Below are positions 62,185-64,000 of a DNA stretch of 64,000 nt, piece by piece. Under the pieces are notes generated by a model that saw only the letters and a program-made list of their open reading frames with translations, had not been told where the DNA came from and did no database searches. Origin of the DNA: an uncultured Planctomycetota bacterium (GTDB taxonomy: Bacteria > Planctomycetota > Phycisphaerae > Tepidisphaerales > Tepidisphaeraceae); the NCBI GenBank assembly GCA_963841915.1, contig CAWJEN010000005.1, positions 1,152,001 to 1,216,000 on the forward strand. Reading direction: 5' to 3'. Each line of letters starts with the position of its first letter. The first letter of the stretch is position 1. The position numbers and the translations under genes were made by a program.

Positions 62185-64000
62185 CGTTGCAGCTCCTGCT
62201 TCTCGCGACTCCCGTGGTCTCGCTCCTCGTCGGGATCGTGTTCGTGCTAGTTGCGATCCGCGTCGGTAGCGGCTGGGGCATCGTCGACGAGCCCGGTCCG
62301 CGCAAGGTGCACCACAAGTCGGTTCCGCGGACGGGCGGCATTGGCATCAGCCTGACGACGCTGCTCGTCAGTGGTGGCGTGCTCGCAGCGGCGAGTGTGG
62401 TCACGCCAATCGCTTGGACACCTTGGATCGGCCTGACGGTGATGCTCGTCGTCATGACGGCCGTCGGTGTCTTCGACGACGCTGTATCGCTGCCGGGCCT
62501 CTACAAGCTCGCCGGCTTGATCGGCGTGAGCGTCGCCGGCTTCGGGTTCGGCATTGTCATCGACACCGTCAACTTCGATCCCGGTGGCACGACCTCGCTC
62601 GGCATGGGTCTGCTCGGCTACCCGCTGACGATCGCGTGGATCTGTGTCGTCGCGGTCGCCATTGCCTTTTCGGATGGACTTGATGGACTGGCAGGGGGCG
62701 TCGGGCTCATCGTCTCACTGACCATCGCTGCCGTTGCGACGCTGTCGAAGCAGTATGACATCACGCTGGTCGCACTGGCCTTGAGCGGCGCACTCGGCGG
62801 CTTCTTGTACTTCAACGGACCTTGGGGTGGGGCGGCCCGCGTCTTCATGGGTGACGGCGGGAGCATGTTCCTGGGCGTGGCTCTGGCGACGTTGCCGATC
62901 ATCCTCAACGGCCGCGAAGGCGTGGGCACGATGCGGGCGATGATCGTGCCGGCGGCCGCACTCGGGGTGCCGATCCTGGACGCGGTGTTCACCCTCATCC
63001 GTCGCCGATTCCTGCAGCGGCGCAGCCTCTTTGCCGCTGAGGACGGTCACGTGCACCACCGTCTGCTGGCGATCGGTTTGTCGACTCGGCACGCGGTGCT
63101 TGCGATCTGGGGCGTGACGGCCGCAGCCGCCTGCATGGCCCTGTTCGCCGCGAGTTTCGGCAAAGGCTGGGCGACCTTGACGATTCTCGTCCCGTTGCTG
63201 GTGTTGTTGTGGATGTTCCTGTTCCGCACGGCCGGTAGTGTCCGAGGCCGGGAAACCATCGCCGCCGTTCGCCGCCATCGTGCGTCCGGTCGTCGCGGCA
63301 AGACATATCGCCGGGCCTTCGAGGAAGCTCAACTTCGCCTGGCCAAGACGGGCAACTTCGAGGAGTGGTGGAAAGAAATCTGCCACGCCGGTGAGTTGCT
63401 TCACTTCGCCTCGCTCGACCTGCGTGGCTCGCGTCGTGATGGTGACGGCTATGAAATCAGTTGGGTCGGCAGCGAGGATGATCGGGCCGATGAAGAAACA
63501 GGCGACACGCTCGACGTGACGCTCGATGTTCCACAACGTCGCACCGGCAGCGACTCGCCGTTGAAGCTGCACGCCCGCATCTTCGTCAAGCGGTCGCAGG
63601 ACGCCCGCGGCTTCGCCGACCTCGAGTCGGCGGGGCACCGCGTGACGTTCTTCAACCGCCTGCTCACCGAGCACGGCCTGGCCACGCTCGACGACGAAGA
63701 TCGCACGCGTCTGGCTAAGGCACACCGCCTGCGTCAGGCGCTTCGACCCAGGGCGCCTGCCGACACGCTCGACACGCCGCCGATGCCTGAGCGGGACGAC
63801 GGCCTGCCGACGGTGGCCATCGTGCACGACTTTCTCTACACCCGCGGCGGTGCCGAAAAGGTCCTGGAGGAGATGCTCGAGATCTTCCCGCACGCCGATC
63901 TGTTCAGCGTGATCGACTTCGTCCCGCCGGGCGAACGTTCCTGGTTGCGTGACAAGCCGGTCACCACAACCTTCATCCAGAACCTGCCGCTTGCTGGTAT
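62181..64000 (+). CDS. WecA/MraY-family polyprenyl-phosphate sugar-1-P transferase fused via a soluble linker domain to a GT4 glycosyltransferase; 3' end lies outside the window
   Basis: ATG overlapping the upstream stop; DEPGPRKVH..PRTGG, GVFDD, DGLDGLAGG, FMGDGGS, HVHHRL; same frame continues to VAIVHDFLYTRGGAEKVL (from about 63813); no stop found and the ORF track lists no closed ORF here. Confidence 0.85.
   Translation, partial: MTLQLLLLATPVVSLLVGIVFVLVAIRVGSGWGIVDEPGPRKVHHKSVPRTGGIGISLTTLLVSGGVLAAASVVTPIAWTPWIGLTVMLVVMTAVGVFDDAVSLPGLYKLAGLIGVSVAGFGFGIVIDTVNFDPGGTTSLGMGLLGYPLTIAWICVVAVAIAFSDGLDGLAGGVGLIVSLTIAAVATLSKQYDITLVALALSGALGGFLYFNGPWGGAARVFMGDGGSMFLGVALATLPIILNGREGVGTMRAMIVPAAALGVPILDAVFTLIRRRFLQRRSLFAAEDGHVHHRLLAIGLSTRHAVLAIWGVTAAAACMALFAASFGKGWATLTILVPLLVLLWMFLFRTAGSVRGRETIAAVRRHRASGRRGKTYRRAFEEAQLRLAKTGNFEEWWKEICHAGELLHFASLDLRGSRRDGDGYEISWVGSEDDRADEETGDTLDVTLDVPQRRTGSDSPLKLHARIFVKRSQDARGFADLESAGHRVTFFNRLLTEHGLATLDDEDRTRLAKAHRLRQALRPRAPADTLDTPPMPERDDGLPTVAIVHDFLYTRGGAEKVLEEMLEIFPHADLFSVIDFVPPGERSWLRDKPVTTTFIQNLPLAG

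Overview
GC-rich chromosomal window from a planctomycete, most likely class Phycisphaerae. The evidence is LExLExRRLL export motifs, a DUF1559 prepilin-like gene, PEP-CTERM proteins, dockerin-like tails and a CxxC..CPECG membrane protein. It holds about 43 CDS and one tRNA(CAT); I found no CRISPR, prophage or IS element. Core genes include rnr, lepA, murA, dacB, metK, hisD, msrB and amtB. Highlights: (1) three canonical parS palindromes at 12.1-13.2 kb, suggesting an oriC-proximal region; (2) a near-perfect palindrome made of two overlapping, oppositely oriented sigma54 -24/-12 promoters upstream of a TorF-porin/amtB unit; (3) two tandem reprolysin-like proteases with different pro-domain switches, one with Gln at the Met-turn; (4) a LacI-DUF1559-3xPEP-CTERM-GH10 glycan locus with no SusC/D or ABC transporter, in which an unassigned ~210-aa domain occurs three times, once fused to GH10 just before a vestigial VPEP; (5) a NusG-paralog-led polysaccharide operon starting with a WecA-linker-GT4 fusion. 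Small indels in amtB and the DUF1559 gene suggest assembly errors. All family calls come from motif recognition by eye, not from database searches.
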